Shown piece after piece: positions 8,972 to 19,110 of a DNA stretch of 29,337 nt (its first letter is position 1; every line of letters begins with the position of its first letter). A model generated the notes under the pieces. It worked only from the letters and a program-made list of their open reading frames with translations, was not told the DNA's origin and searched no databases. Source of the stretch: Candidatus Sulfobium sp. (GTDB taxonomy: Bacteria; Nitrospirota; Thermodesulfovibrionia; Thermodesulfovibrionales; UBA6898); NCBI GenBank assembly GCA_037380845.1, contig JARRRI010000024.1, forward strand, positions 35,607 through 64,943. The letters are read 5' to 3'. The translations under genes were made by a program, and so were the position numbers.

Positions 8972-9020
8972 TGTTCAGAAAAGGACAGCGGCCGTCCGCA
9001 GGTTTGTGCATTTCTGAACA
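8972..9020. promoter_or_regulatory. Two candidate upstream activator sites (TGT-N10-ACA) for a sigma-54 activator
   Basis: TGTTCAGAAAAGGACA (8972-8987) and TGTGCATTTCTGAACA (9005-9020). They are 14/16 identical in inverted orientation, their centres are 33 bp apart, and they lie upstream of a -24/-12 promoter. Confidence 0.6.
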
Positions 9021-9058
9021 GTTTCTCTCTCCAAACCGCTCATTTTTGGAGCGTATCC

Positions 9059-9075
9059 CAGGCATGGAAAATGCT
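9059..9075 (+). promoter_or_regulatory. Sigma-54 (-24/-12) promoter of the yeeE-DUF302-tusA-porin operon
   Basis: CAGGCATGGAAAATGCT: GG at 9061-9062, exactly 10 nt spacer, GC at 9073-9074; about 70 nt upstream of ATG 9146. Confidence 0.75.
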
Positions 9076-9145
9076 TTGCTTAGGAATACAAGAACGGGTT
9101 GCTCACCAGAGAAAGTCGTTACAACACACTGCTCAGGAGGAATGA

Positions 9146-10372
9146 ATGTCGAAAGGTAGAAAAGTTTTCGGTATAGCTTTGATGATAGGTGCAGTCCTCT
9201 GGATCGTCTATTACATACTCAAGATAAAGGGCTATACGACCATAGACGCCTCGTCCCTGTCGGACGACCAGATAGCGGCCATCAAGACTTCCATCCGCTC
9301 CGCAGTAATAATCTCCGGCCTGCTGATAGGCGGGATCATGGGGGCAGTAGTGCAAAGGTCCAAGTTCTGCATAGCCGCAGCCTGCCACAACATAGTGACC
9401 ACCAGAGACATGACCCAGACGAGGGCATATGCCATGGCGCTCTTTGTCGCCATTCCCGCAACCCAGGTGCTTTATAGTCACGGGATTGTGGACATCGGAC
9501 GGAGCATATACATTAATTCGCCCTTTACCTGGCTGAGTTACGTTGCCGGGGGGTTTATCTTCGGCGTCGGAATAGTGTATGCCGGAGGCTGCGCAAGCAG
9601 GATACTCGTACGCGCAGGTGAAGGCAATCTGGGAGGACTGGTGAGCGTGCTGGCATTCATTTTTGCATCGGGGGCGACCCTGTGGGGAATCACGGCCAGG
9701 CTCCGGGTGGACTACTTCAACAAATTGACCCTGAACATGAGTAACCAGTATCTGCCTGACGTGATCGGCCACGTGCCGGCCTGGGCAATAATACTGGTCA
9801 TAGAGGCTGTGCTGCTCGGTTTCATGCTGAAGGCGCCAAAGGAGTCCGAGTGGCGGAGCTGGAGATGGCCACTGGCGGGCGCCGCCATAGGGCTGGTTGT
9901 GGTATTGGCCTGGTGGGTCAACGGCCTGGCATTCAAGGCCATTCCCAATGTGGACGCGTTCTCCTTCGCCGGGCCTGACGACGCGACCCTGCTGCAGGTC
10001 TGGAGACCCAAAAGCATGACCTTCGCACTGGCCGATGCCCAGGCGTTCAGGTACATAATCCTCTGGACCGGGGAGACAATAAACTTCGCGGTGGCAACTG
10101 TACTCGGAGTGGTGGCGGGCTCCTTCATTTCTGCCGTTATCAGCGGAACCTTCCAGTGGGTCGCCCCCCCTCTTCAGCAGTTCAAGTACAACCTGGCCGG
10201 CGGACTGCTCATGGGCTTTGGCGCGGTCCTTGCCATGGGCTGCAACATCGGCCAGGGGTTGAGCGGCATTTCAACACTTTCACTGGGGAGCTTCCTCACC
10301 ATGTCTTTTATCCTGTTCGGCGCCATTGCCGGGGCCAAGTTCATGACCTGGCGAATAATGAGGGAGGCCTGA
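9146..10372 (+). CDS. YeeE/YedE (TsuA/SoxT-type) thiosulfate/sulfur transporter
   Basis: Polytopic membrane protein with the three family Cys motifs: 'RSKFC', 'AGGCASR' and 'AMGCNIGQGLSG'; SD AGGAGG. Confidence 0.92.
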   Translation: MSKGRKVFGIALMIGAVLWIVYYILKIKGYTTIDASSLSDDQIAAIKTSIRSAVIISGLLIGGIMGAVVQRSKFCIAAACHNIVTTRDMTQTRAYAMALFVAIPATQVLYSHGIVDIGRSIYINSPFTWLSYVAGGFIFGVGIVYAGGCASRILVRAGEGNLGGLVSVLAFIFASGATLWGITARLRVDYFNKLTLNMSNQYLPDVIGHVPAWAIILVIEAVLLGFMLKAPKESEWRSWRWPLAGAAIGLVVVLAWWVNGLAFKAIPNVDAFSFAGPDDATLLQVWRPKSMTFALADAQAFRYIILWTGETINFAVATVLGVVAGSFISAVISGTFQWVAPPLQQFKYNLAGGLLMGFGAVLAMGCNIGQGLSGISTLSLGSFLTMSFILFGAIAGAKFMTWRIMREA

Positions 10373-10374
10373 GT

Positions 10375-10890
10375 ATGAATATGAGCAGAAAAAAACTGTT
10401 TGCGCTTTGTCTGCTGCTGGCCGTGGCGGCATTTTCAGCGGCCCTCCAGGCGCAGACGTCTTCCGGGGACGAAAGGCAGGACCCTGTAGTTATTCGTTCA
10501 GTGAAGGGAAACTTCGACACGGTATGGGAGGACCTGAAAATCGTGCTCGCCGGTCGCGGCCTGGTCGTCTCCGGCGTTTCCCACGTGCAGAAGATGCTCG
10601 ACCGGACAGGCAAGGCCCTGGGCAGGACCAAAAAAATATTCGCCAGGGCGAAGGTGCTCGAATTCTGCAGCGCTGTCGTTTCAAGGGACATGATGGAAGA
10701 GAACCCACATTTTATCGCCTTCTGTCCGTACCAGATTGCTGTCTATGCAATTGCAGGTCACGAAGGGAAGGTCTATCTTTCCTATCGGCGCCTTGTCTGG
10801 AATGACGGAAGCGGAAAGGCCGCCCGCGACGAGGTTGAAAAACTGCTGGACGGCATTGTCGGCGATGTCGTAGAGATGAACAAGGAATAA
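10375..10890 (+). CDS. DUF302-family exported protein
   Basis: ATG 10375 follows the yeeE stop with SD GGAGG; signal peptide; 'GLVV..VSHV..ML', 'LEFCS' and 'FCPYQIAVY' fit DUF302. Confidence 0.8.
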   Translation: MNMSRKKLFALCLLLAVAAFSAALQAQTSSGDERQDPVVIRSVKGNFDTVWEDLKIVLAGRGLVVSGVSHVQKMLDRTGKALGRTKKIFARAKVLEFCSAVVSRDMMEENPHFIAFCPYQIAVYAIAGHEGKVYLSYRRLVWNDGSGKAARDEVEKLLDGIVGDVVEMNKE

Positions 10891-10948
10891 AAAGAAGTTT
10901 ATCGTAAGGCTTTTGACCATATCTTATTTTGAAAGGAGGCCATGATTA

Positions 10949-11185
10949 ATGGCGGAATTGGCGGTTGACGTGAAGATTGATTGCACCGGCCTGAACTGTC
11001 CCATGCCGGTGGTGAAGACAAAGAAAGCGCTGAGTCAGATAGCTGCCGGGCAGTTGCTGGAGGTAACAGCAACCGACCCCGGTTCAAAGTCGGATATACC
11101 GGCCCTTGTACGGAACATGGGTTCGGAGATCGTCGAAACGAGGGACGAGCAGGGTTCCGTTTTCTTTCTTATAAGAAAAAAATAG
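10949..11185 (+). CDS. tusA: TusA/YeeD-family sulfur carrier
   Basis: 'IDCTGLNCPMPVVKTKKAL' with the CPxP motif; 'ATDPGS..DIP'; 78 aa. Confidence 0.92.
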   Translation: MAELAVDVKIDCTGLNCPMPVVKTKKALSQIAAGQLLEVTATDPGSKSDIPALVRNMGSEIVETRDEQGSVFFLIRKK

Positions 11186-11307
11186 AAGAGAGAGACGAAT
11201 GAAAATGGGAGGGCGAGGCGCCCGCAAAAGCATGAGAAGGAGGTGAAAGCCATTTAAACTGACGAAATAGTGAGGGAATTCAAAATGAAAATCTGGGGAG
11301 GTAAAAC

Positions 11308-12459
11308 ATGAGACGTATTTTTTCTTTGCTTGTTTTTTTGATTATTGTAGTGGGATTGACGGCACAGGCGTATGCTATCGAGGTATACAATCAGAATGAC
11401 ACGAAGGTCTCGCTGGGGTTCAAGACCAAGATATGGTTTCAGTCCATCAAGGACGCGGCCCCGGACGGCGACTCGCGGTCCAATGATTTTTCTTTGAGGC
11501 AGGGCCGTATTTATCTCAAGGGTCAGTTTACGAAAATGATAACCTTCGGGTCGAACTTCGACTGGAACAACCTCGGTTCGGTCGACGGCAAAGACACTTC
11601 GTCGACCTCTACAAAACTGACGGACGCATGGGTGGGATTTAACTTCATGCCGCAGTTGCATTTCATGACGGGAAAATACCGTATCGCTTTTTCAAGATAC
11701 TCCCTCACCCCCTCATACACAGCCTTTCTTTTCCCTCACCATCCCTTTTCCGCCAGCGGTAAACTGCTGACCAAAACGGGTGATTACAGGCAGCTCGGCG
11801 TAACTGCCTGGGGATTTATCGGGAAAAGGTTCCGCTATAACGTCGGCGTGGCCAGCGGCGTTCCGAAGGCTCTGAACGGTGAGAACAATTCGTCCGACTC
11901 CCTGGAGTATGTCGCCAGGGCTGAATACTCGATCCTGGGGCATGACAAGGGTTACCTGCACGGAAACGAATGGCTCGGCAAGAGGGGTAAACTCCTCACC
12001 GTTGGCGCGGGCTATCTGTCCAAAAGATATGACATTAACCCGGACGCTGCTGTCACGGATAACGTGACTTATAGTGCGTGGACCGCTGACGGTTACTTCG
12101 AGTATCCCCTCGGAGGTGGTTCAATCGCCGCCGAGGCTGCGTATTACGACTATGACAGAGACACCCCGGACAACCCGAGGATAAAGTCGTGGTATGCCCA
12201 GGCGGGATATGTGCTTCCGGGCAGAATCGGCCCCGGCCAGCTTGAGCCCGCTTTCCGTTACGATTCGTATAAGCCTGACGGAGACGAGACAGGCACCACG
12301 TCATGGTCGGTCGGATTCAACTACTACATTAAGGGAAACAATGCCAAAGTGCAGGTAGAATACATGAACGTCAACAATGACTCAAACGCGAACCTTTTCA
12401 GCGGCGTAAAAGGGAAAGATACGGATGCCCTGACTGTACAGCTGATCCTGATCATCTGA
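11308..12459 (+). CDS. Outer-membrane porin, OprO/OprP (anion-selective)/ExtI-like
   Basis: Signal peptide ending AYA; amphipathic beta strands 'DFSLRQGRIYLKG', 'LTDAWV', 'WYAQAGYVLP', 'LEPAFRYD', 'VGFNYYIKGNNAKVQVEY'. Confidence 0.82.
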   Translation: MRRIFSLLVFLIIVVGLTAQAYAIEVYNQNDTKVSLGFKTKIWFQSIKDAAPDGDSRSNDFSLRQGRIYLKGQFTKMITFGSNFDWNNLGSVDGKDTSSTSTKLTDAWVGFNFMPQLHFMTGKYRIAFSRYSLTPSYTAFLFPHHPFSASGKLLTKTGDYRQLGVTAWGFIGKRFRYNVGVASGVPKALNGENNSSDSLEYVARAEYSILGHDKGYLHGNEWLGKRGKLLTVGAGYLSKRYDINPDAAVTDNVTYSAWTADGYFEYPLGGGSIAAEAAYYDYDRDTPDNPRIKSWYAQAGYVLPGRIGPGQLEPAFRYDSYKPDGDETGTTSWSVGFNYYIKGNNAKVQVEYMNVNNDSNANLFSGVKGKDTDALTVQLILII

Positions 12460-12639
12460 AGACCCGGGTATCAAAGCAGCTTTTGTTTCTCCTTTTCTCA
12501 CTCTAACCCTCCTTCGGGCGGAGGGCTTTTCATAATAGCTTCTCTGTTTTATCTCCCTGAACAGGCCCTCTTTCTGGAGCTGCCTTTTGAGAGATTTCAG
12601 CGCCTTCTCCAGATCATTTCCATAGACTCTTATATCCAA
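12382..12639 (-). CDS. rpsU: 30S ribosomal protein S21 with apparently replaced C-terminus (possible pseudogene)
   Basis: TTG start after SD AAGGAG. MDIRVYGNDLEKALKSLKRQLQKEGLFREIKQRSYYEKPS is a clear S21. After codon 40 (12520) it no longer looks like S21, and it runs 78 nt into the porin gene. Confidence 0.85.
   Translation of the reverse strand: MDIRVYGNDLEKALKSLKRQLQKEGLFREIKQRSYYEKPSARRRVRVRKGETKAALIPGSSDDQDQLYSQGIRIFPFYAAEKVRV
12507..12530 (+). terminator. Intrinsic terminator candidate after the porin
   Basis: CCCTCC-ttcgggc-GGAGGG followed by CTTTT and preceded by a pyrimidine tract. The 3' arm overlaps rpsU codons 37-40 on the other strand. Confidence 0.55.
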
Positions 12640-12665
12640 GATATCGCTTCTCCTTTCTGATGGAG

Positions 12666-12705
12666 AAAAATAAAAAGCCCCAGAGCTTCAAAAGTCCCGG
12701 GGCTT
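12666..12705 (-). terminator. Terminator-like hairpin between the rpsU promoter and start codon
   Basis: On the minus strand: AAGCCCCGG-13 nt-CTGGGGCTT followed by TTTATTTTT. Confidence 0.55.
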
Positions 12706-12730
12706 CCTTAACTCCAAAAGTTCAACAATT

Positions 12731-12759
12731 AGTATAGCCCATATCCACGCAATTGTAAA
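12731..12759 (-). promoter_or_regulatory. Sigma-70 promoter of rpsU
   Basis: On the minus strand: TTTACA (12759-12754), 17-nt spacer, TATACT (12736-12731). Confidence 0.7.
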
Positions 12760-12803
12760 TACTCCTCATTGCCTGGTTGCGGCTCATTTTCATTCCGCAA
12801 TTC

Positions 12804-13574
12804 TTATTCTTCTTTGGCCAGCAGATCGGCGAGTTTCCCGAATTCCTCCATGCTCAGCGTTTCCGGCCTCCGGCCGGGGTCTATTCCGCAGGCAACAAGC
12901 TTGTCCCGGATGCCCTCCCCGAGACCTTTGAGGGAGTTGGAGAGGGTCTTCCTGCGCTGCGAAAAAGCAGTTTTGACGACACGATAGAAGGTCCTTTCGT
13001 CCCTGACTACCAGGGAAGGTTCCGGGAGTATTTTCATGTGCAGGAGGGCCGAATCCACTTTCGGCACCGGCCTGAACGCCTCCCTGGGGATCACGAACTT
13101 CAGTTCTGCATGGGCGAGGTACTGGACCATGATCGAGAGTACGCCGTAATCTTTTCCGCCGGGATGAGCGACGATCCTTTCAGCAACTTCCTTCTGGACC
13201 GTGAGGGTCATGGTGGAAAGGTGCTTCCGGCTGTCCAGGAGTCTGAAGATGATCGGCGTCGTGATGTAATAAGGAATATTTGCCACTACCCTGAAATTGC
13301 CGATCCCTTCGAAGGGGAACTTCAGGACGTCGCCATGGACGAGTTCCACGTTGACGAGTCCGGAGAGTTCGGCCTTCAGCCTGTAATAAAGCCTTTCGTC
13401 CAGTTCGATGGCTATTACTCTCTTTGCTCTTTTCGAGAGGACCGTGGTGAGGGTCCCCGGTCCCGGGCCTATCTCGACCACGGTATCGTCACCGGTAACA
13501 CCGGCGGTTCTGACTATCTTTTCGAGTATGGAGCGGTCGTAAAGGAAATTCTGGCCGAGGCGGCTTCTCTTCAT
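12804..13574 (-). CDS. rsmA: 16S rRNA m6,2A1518/1519 dimethyltransferase
   Basis: LGQNFL, VEIGPGPG, VVANIPYYIT, QKEVAERI, F.PVPKVDS, AFSQRRKTL. Confidence 0.97.
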   Translation of the reverse strand: MKRSRLGQNFLYDRSILEKIVRTAGVTGDDTVVEIGPGPGTLTTVLSKRAKRVIAIELDERLYYRLKAELSGLVNVELVHGDVLKFPFEGIGNFRVVANIPYYITTPIIFRLLDSRKHLSTMTLTVQKEVAERIVAHPGGKDYGVLSIMVQYLAHAELKFVIPREAFRPVPKVDSALLHMKILPEPSLVVRDERTFYRVVKTAFSQRRKTLSNSLKGLGEGIRDKLVACGIDPGRRPETLSMEEFGKLADLLAKEE

Positions 13575-14548
13575 GAAACCTGGAGTCTGGCCGCGAGCTT
13601 AAGGGCCTCTACCATGCTCGACGGGTCCGCCTTTCCTGCCCATGCGATATCGTAGGCGGTCCCGTGGTCGGGAGAGGTCCTGACAAATGGAAGCCCCACG
13701 GTGACATTGACGCCTTTATCGAAGGCGACCATCTTCAGCGGTATCAGGCCCTGGTCGTGGTACATGCAGACAACGATATCGGTTTGTCCCCTGTATGCTC
13801 TGTGAAAGACGGTATCAGGCGGGAAGGGGCCGTCCACCGGAATCCCCTCCTTCCTCGCCAGTTCGATGGCAGGGAGGATTTCCTGCTTTTCCTCGCTACC
13901 GAACAGACCACCCTCTCCCGCATGGGGATTCAGCCCGGCGACTGCGATCCTGGGATGTTTGATTTCCAGCATATCGCAGGCCTTCTTCGCCAGCCGGATT
14001 GTCTTCAGTACGCTTTGGCTTGTTATAAGGCCGGGAACGCTCCTCAGCGAGGTGTGAATCGTGACGAGTATCACCCTGAGCGGTCCTCCCGCAAGCATCA
14101 TGGCATATTCCTTTGTTCCGGTCAGCTCGGCCAGCATTTCGGTATGCCCGGGCCACGAAAGGCCGGCCATCCTCAATGCCTCCTTCGATATCGGAGCGGT
14201 CACTATCCCTTCGACCTTTCCGTCAAGGGCCAGCGAGACGGCCTTTCTGATACAGTCCGCCGCGGCTTTTCCCCCCTCTGCCGTCGCCTTTCCCTTAAGG
14301 AACCCGTCGAGATTCCCCGCATCGATAAGAGAGATCGAACCTGACGGGGATTTCTCTTCTTCCGGACGCGTGATTACCCTGATTTCAAAAGGCAGGGAGA
14401 GGAGCGACAGACATTCTTCCATGACGCGGCGGCTCCCGACGATGACGGGCCGGCAACAGTTCAGTACCTCGGAAGAGGCAAGGGCCTTAAGTATAATCTC
14501 AGGGCCGACCCCACCGGGGTCCCCCATGGTAACGGCAAGTCTCTTCAT
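13571..14548 (-). CDS. pdxA: 4-hydroxythreonine-4-phosphate dehydrogenase
   Basis: [49 protein letters not shown]; canonical pdxA-rsmA order with a 4-bp overlap. Confidence 0.97.
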   Translation of the reverse strand: MKRLAVTMGDPGGVGPEIILKALASSEVLNCCRPVIVGSRRVMEECLSLLSLPFEIRVITRPEEEKSPSGSISLIDAGNLDGFLKGKATAEGGKAAADCIRKAVSLALDGKVEGIVTAPISKEALRMAGLSWPGHTEMLAELTGTKEYAMMLAGGPLRVILVTIHTSLRSVPGLITSQSVLKTIRLAKKACDMLEIKHPRIAVAGLNPHAGEGGLFGSEEKQEILPAIELARKEGIPVDGPFPPDTVFHRAYRGQTDIVVCMYHDQGLIPLKMVAFDKGVNVTVGLPFVRTSPDHGTAYDIAWAGKADPSSMVEALKLAARLQVS

Positions 14549-14961
14549 TCCCCGATTATCTTGACCAGCACCCTTTTTTTCCGTCTGCCGTCGAACTCGC
14601 CGTAGAAGACCTGCTCCCAGGGACCGAAATCGAGTTTCCCTTTTGTCACCGCAACTACCGCCTCCCTGCCCATGACCTGCCGCTTAAGGTGGGCGTCGGC
14701 GTTGTCTTCTCCTACGTTGTGGCGGTAGCCGGAAACCGGCTCGTGAGGGGCGAGTTTTTCGAGCCAGACTTCGAAGTCCTGGTGAAGCCCGGATTCGTCG
14801 TCGTTTACGAACACCGACGAGGTGATATGCATGGCATTGACGAGGATCAGCCCTTCCCTGATGCCGCTCTCCCTTAGGCATTCTTCAACATTAGGTGTTA
14901 TGTTAATGAAGGCCCGGCGCGTCGGGATGTCGAACCAGAGCTCTTTCCGGTAACTTTTCAT
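14545..14961 (-). CDS. yjbQ: YjbQ/UPF0047 family protein
   Basis: '[10 protein letters not shown]', '[14 protein letters not shown]', '[17 protein letters not shown]'. Confidence 0.93.
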   Translation of the reverse strand: MKSYRKELWFDIPTRRAFINITPNVEECLRESGIREGLILVNAMHITSSVFVNDDESGLHQDFEVWLEKLAPHEPVSGYRHNVGEDNADAHLKRQVMGREAVVAVTKGKLDFGPWEQVFYGEFDGRRKKRVLVKIIGE

Positions 14962-15303
14962 TCAGGCCTCCTGTCTTGTCCGGACGACTGGGATCTCATC
15001 TTTACCTCTGCGATCCTTGTTCAGTATACCACGAAGGCATGGACTCCCTTTTTAGTAATGAAGAAAATATTTGCGGTCATGCCTCTTGGCGTCGACCGAC
15101 AGAATAAAGGCTGGCCTGCTCTAAAGCACATGTTGCCACAAGATTATGACTTAGAGCTCTCAGTTATTTGGAACTGCAACTCCCGGAGAGTTTGTCCCGC
15201 CATATGTTCGTTCATGTTCGTCGGAACGCAAGCGAGAATTCTGGGCTTCCGACAGCCGCCGACGTCTGACGAGATGACGGCCGGTGATAATTTCTTATGG
15301 CAA

Positions 15304-16248
15304 TCAACTGACTTCGGTAACAGCCGTCTGCCGCAGGTTTGTTATATCGCGCGAGGGCGAATTGCCGAACATACGGCTGTACTCTCGGCTGAATTGGGAG
15401 GGACTTTCATAGCCGACCTGGAATGCTGCCGCCGCTGCATCCTCATTCTCTGAGAGCATCAAGCGCCGAGCTTCATTTAAACGCAACCACTTTTGATATT
15501 GCAGCGGGCTCATGGCTGTCAGCGCCCTGAAATGGTGGTGGAAAGTCGATGCGCTCATATTTACCTGCGCCGCCAGGTCATCGATGCGCAGCGGCTGGGC
15601 GTAATGGCCCTTCAGCCAGTCGATCGCCTGGGCAATCCTGTTGCCCTGGCTGCCTGCAGTGGCCATCTGGCGAAGGCGGGCGCCCTGTTCTCCCACAAGC
15701 ATGCGATAGAAAATCTCCCTTTTTATTATGGGTGCGAGTATGGGGATGTCCCCCGGATTGTCAAGGAGGTCAACAAGCCGCTTAAAGGCATCGAGCAGCT
15801 CAGGCGTGAGCCTGCCTGTGGCCATAGCGTGTCCCTGCTGTTGTGTCTGGGGCGAAGGAAGGGCGCTGTCAACCATCAACTCCGCCAGTGTACGCAGATC
15901 CAGGTCCAGTACAAGCCCGAGGTACGGTTTTTCCGGGCTCGCCTCAAGTATCTGAACGACCGTTGGCAGGTTAATGGGAGTAACCAGATAGTGCCGGGCA
16001 TCATATACATATTCATTGCTCCCGAGTACCGCACGCTTCGCTCCCTGAACCGCCACGCAGATACAGGGAGGGTACATGCCGCTATGTGGCCGGGTTGTCC
16101 CGGTTTTCATATAGAGTGTAAGGCCGGGCACGGCAGTCTCGTTGCTGCCGTCCTTGTCCGCCAGACGGGCAATGTTCACACGAAGCCCGGAAAGCACGGC
16201 GGACATATTTCCTCCCTCATTGGTCTCTTTCGCAAGCATACCTTCCAT
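15304..16248 (-). CDS. AraC-family regulator (YqhC-like, AraC_N + HTH)
   Basis: 'ETAVPGL', 'QGAKR', 'MSASTFHHHFR..TAMSPLQYQK..RL.EAR', 'VGYESPSQFSREYSRMFG'; divergent from a YqhD-like gene. ATG 16206 is an alternative start. Confidence 0.93.
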   Translation of the reverse strand: MEGMLAKETNEGGNMSAVLSGLRVNIARLADKDGSNETAVPGLTLYMKTGTTRPHSGMYPPCICVAVQGAKRAVLGSNEYVYDARHYLVTPINLPTVVQILEASPEKPYLGLVLDLDLRTLAELMVDSALPSPQTQQQGHAMATGRLTPELLDAFKRLVDLLDNPGDIPILAPIIKREIFYRMLVGEQGARLRQMATAGSQGNRIAQAIDWLKGHYAQPLRIDDLAAQVNMSASTFHHHFRALTAMSPLQYQKWLRLNEARRLMLSENEDAAAAAFQVGYESPSQFSREYSRMFGNSPSRDITNLRQTAVTEVS

Positions 16249-16454
16249 ATTTCAGCCTCCTGTCTCATACTAACAGGCTTCGATACGCCGTAGCAACAAA
16301 AAATCGCTTCCATCGGACTTTTAGGCAAGAATATGGCAGGATCGGTCTACCGGTTGTCCTGTCAGCGGGAGTATCATTAAATTATCGGGCAGAAAAAAAC
16401 ATCCGAAAATTGAATCAGGAAGACTTGGATGAAGATCGAGACGAGGAGGCAAAA

Positions 16455-18649
<2,195 letters not shown>

Positions 18650-18699
18650 CCGGATAGTGATACAGCGTCGCTGAAGGTTTGATAGGGAAGGAAACAATA

Positions 18700-18876
18700 A
18701 TGAAAGCTTTAGCAATAAACGGAAGTCCCAGAGCAGGCGGCAATACGGAGATCCTGCTCAAGAAGGCCATGCGGAATATGAGGCATCTCGGACGAACAAT
18801 TGCATGGCTCGGTTCAGCCATACCTGCCATCTCTGATGCCACCCCCTTCCCTAAGCTTGCTGTGGAGTTGCATTAG
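18700..18876 (+). pseudogene. Flavodoxin-fold (FMN reductase family) gene with a large internal deletion
   Basis: The N-terminus MKALAINGSPRAGGNTEILLKK is joined directly to the family C-terminal helix AMRNMRHLGRTIAWLG; the core is missing. Confidence 0.75.
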
Positions 18877-19110
18877 AAACGAACAGGACAAATTTGGCGT
18901 CTCAGTTTGGTGTCGTTAAAAGACTGGTAAAATGTGAAGAGGATAGTGCATATGGCATGGCGGAGTACCTTAATCCGGCACCCAGCGACTTTAAAGGCAA
19001 CGTCACCGGATTCCGGCTCAACTCACTGCCGGAATGACGAGCCATTGAGGTAAAGTCTATTTTGAGACGGTTAACAAGCATGGTGGTTATCGTTTAGCAA
19101 GGAGGTAATT

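Noticed and set aside
8475..9159. ORFs 8475-9065(-) and 8971-9159(+)
   Set aside because: They span the hairpin element and promoter and have no protein-like motifs.
10156..10374. N-terminal extension of the DUF302 ORF in the ORF track
   Set aside because: It overlaps yeeE; the signal peptide and SD point to ATG 10375.
12777..14564. Plus-strand ORFs over rsmA and pdxA
   Set aside because: Antisense shadows of housekeeping genes.
15058..15303. ORF or att site at the core/accessory boundary; short ATGTTCGT direct repeat
   Set aside because: No tRNA, integrase or matching repeat elsewhere in the window, and the repeat spacing fits no operator I can name.
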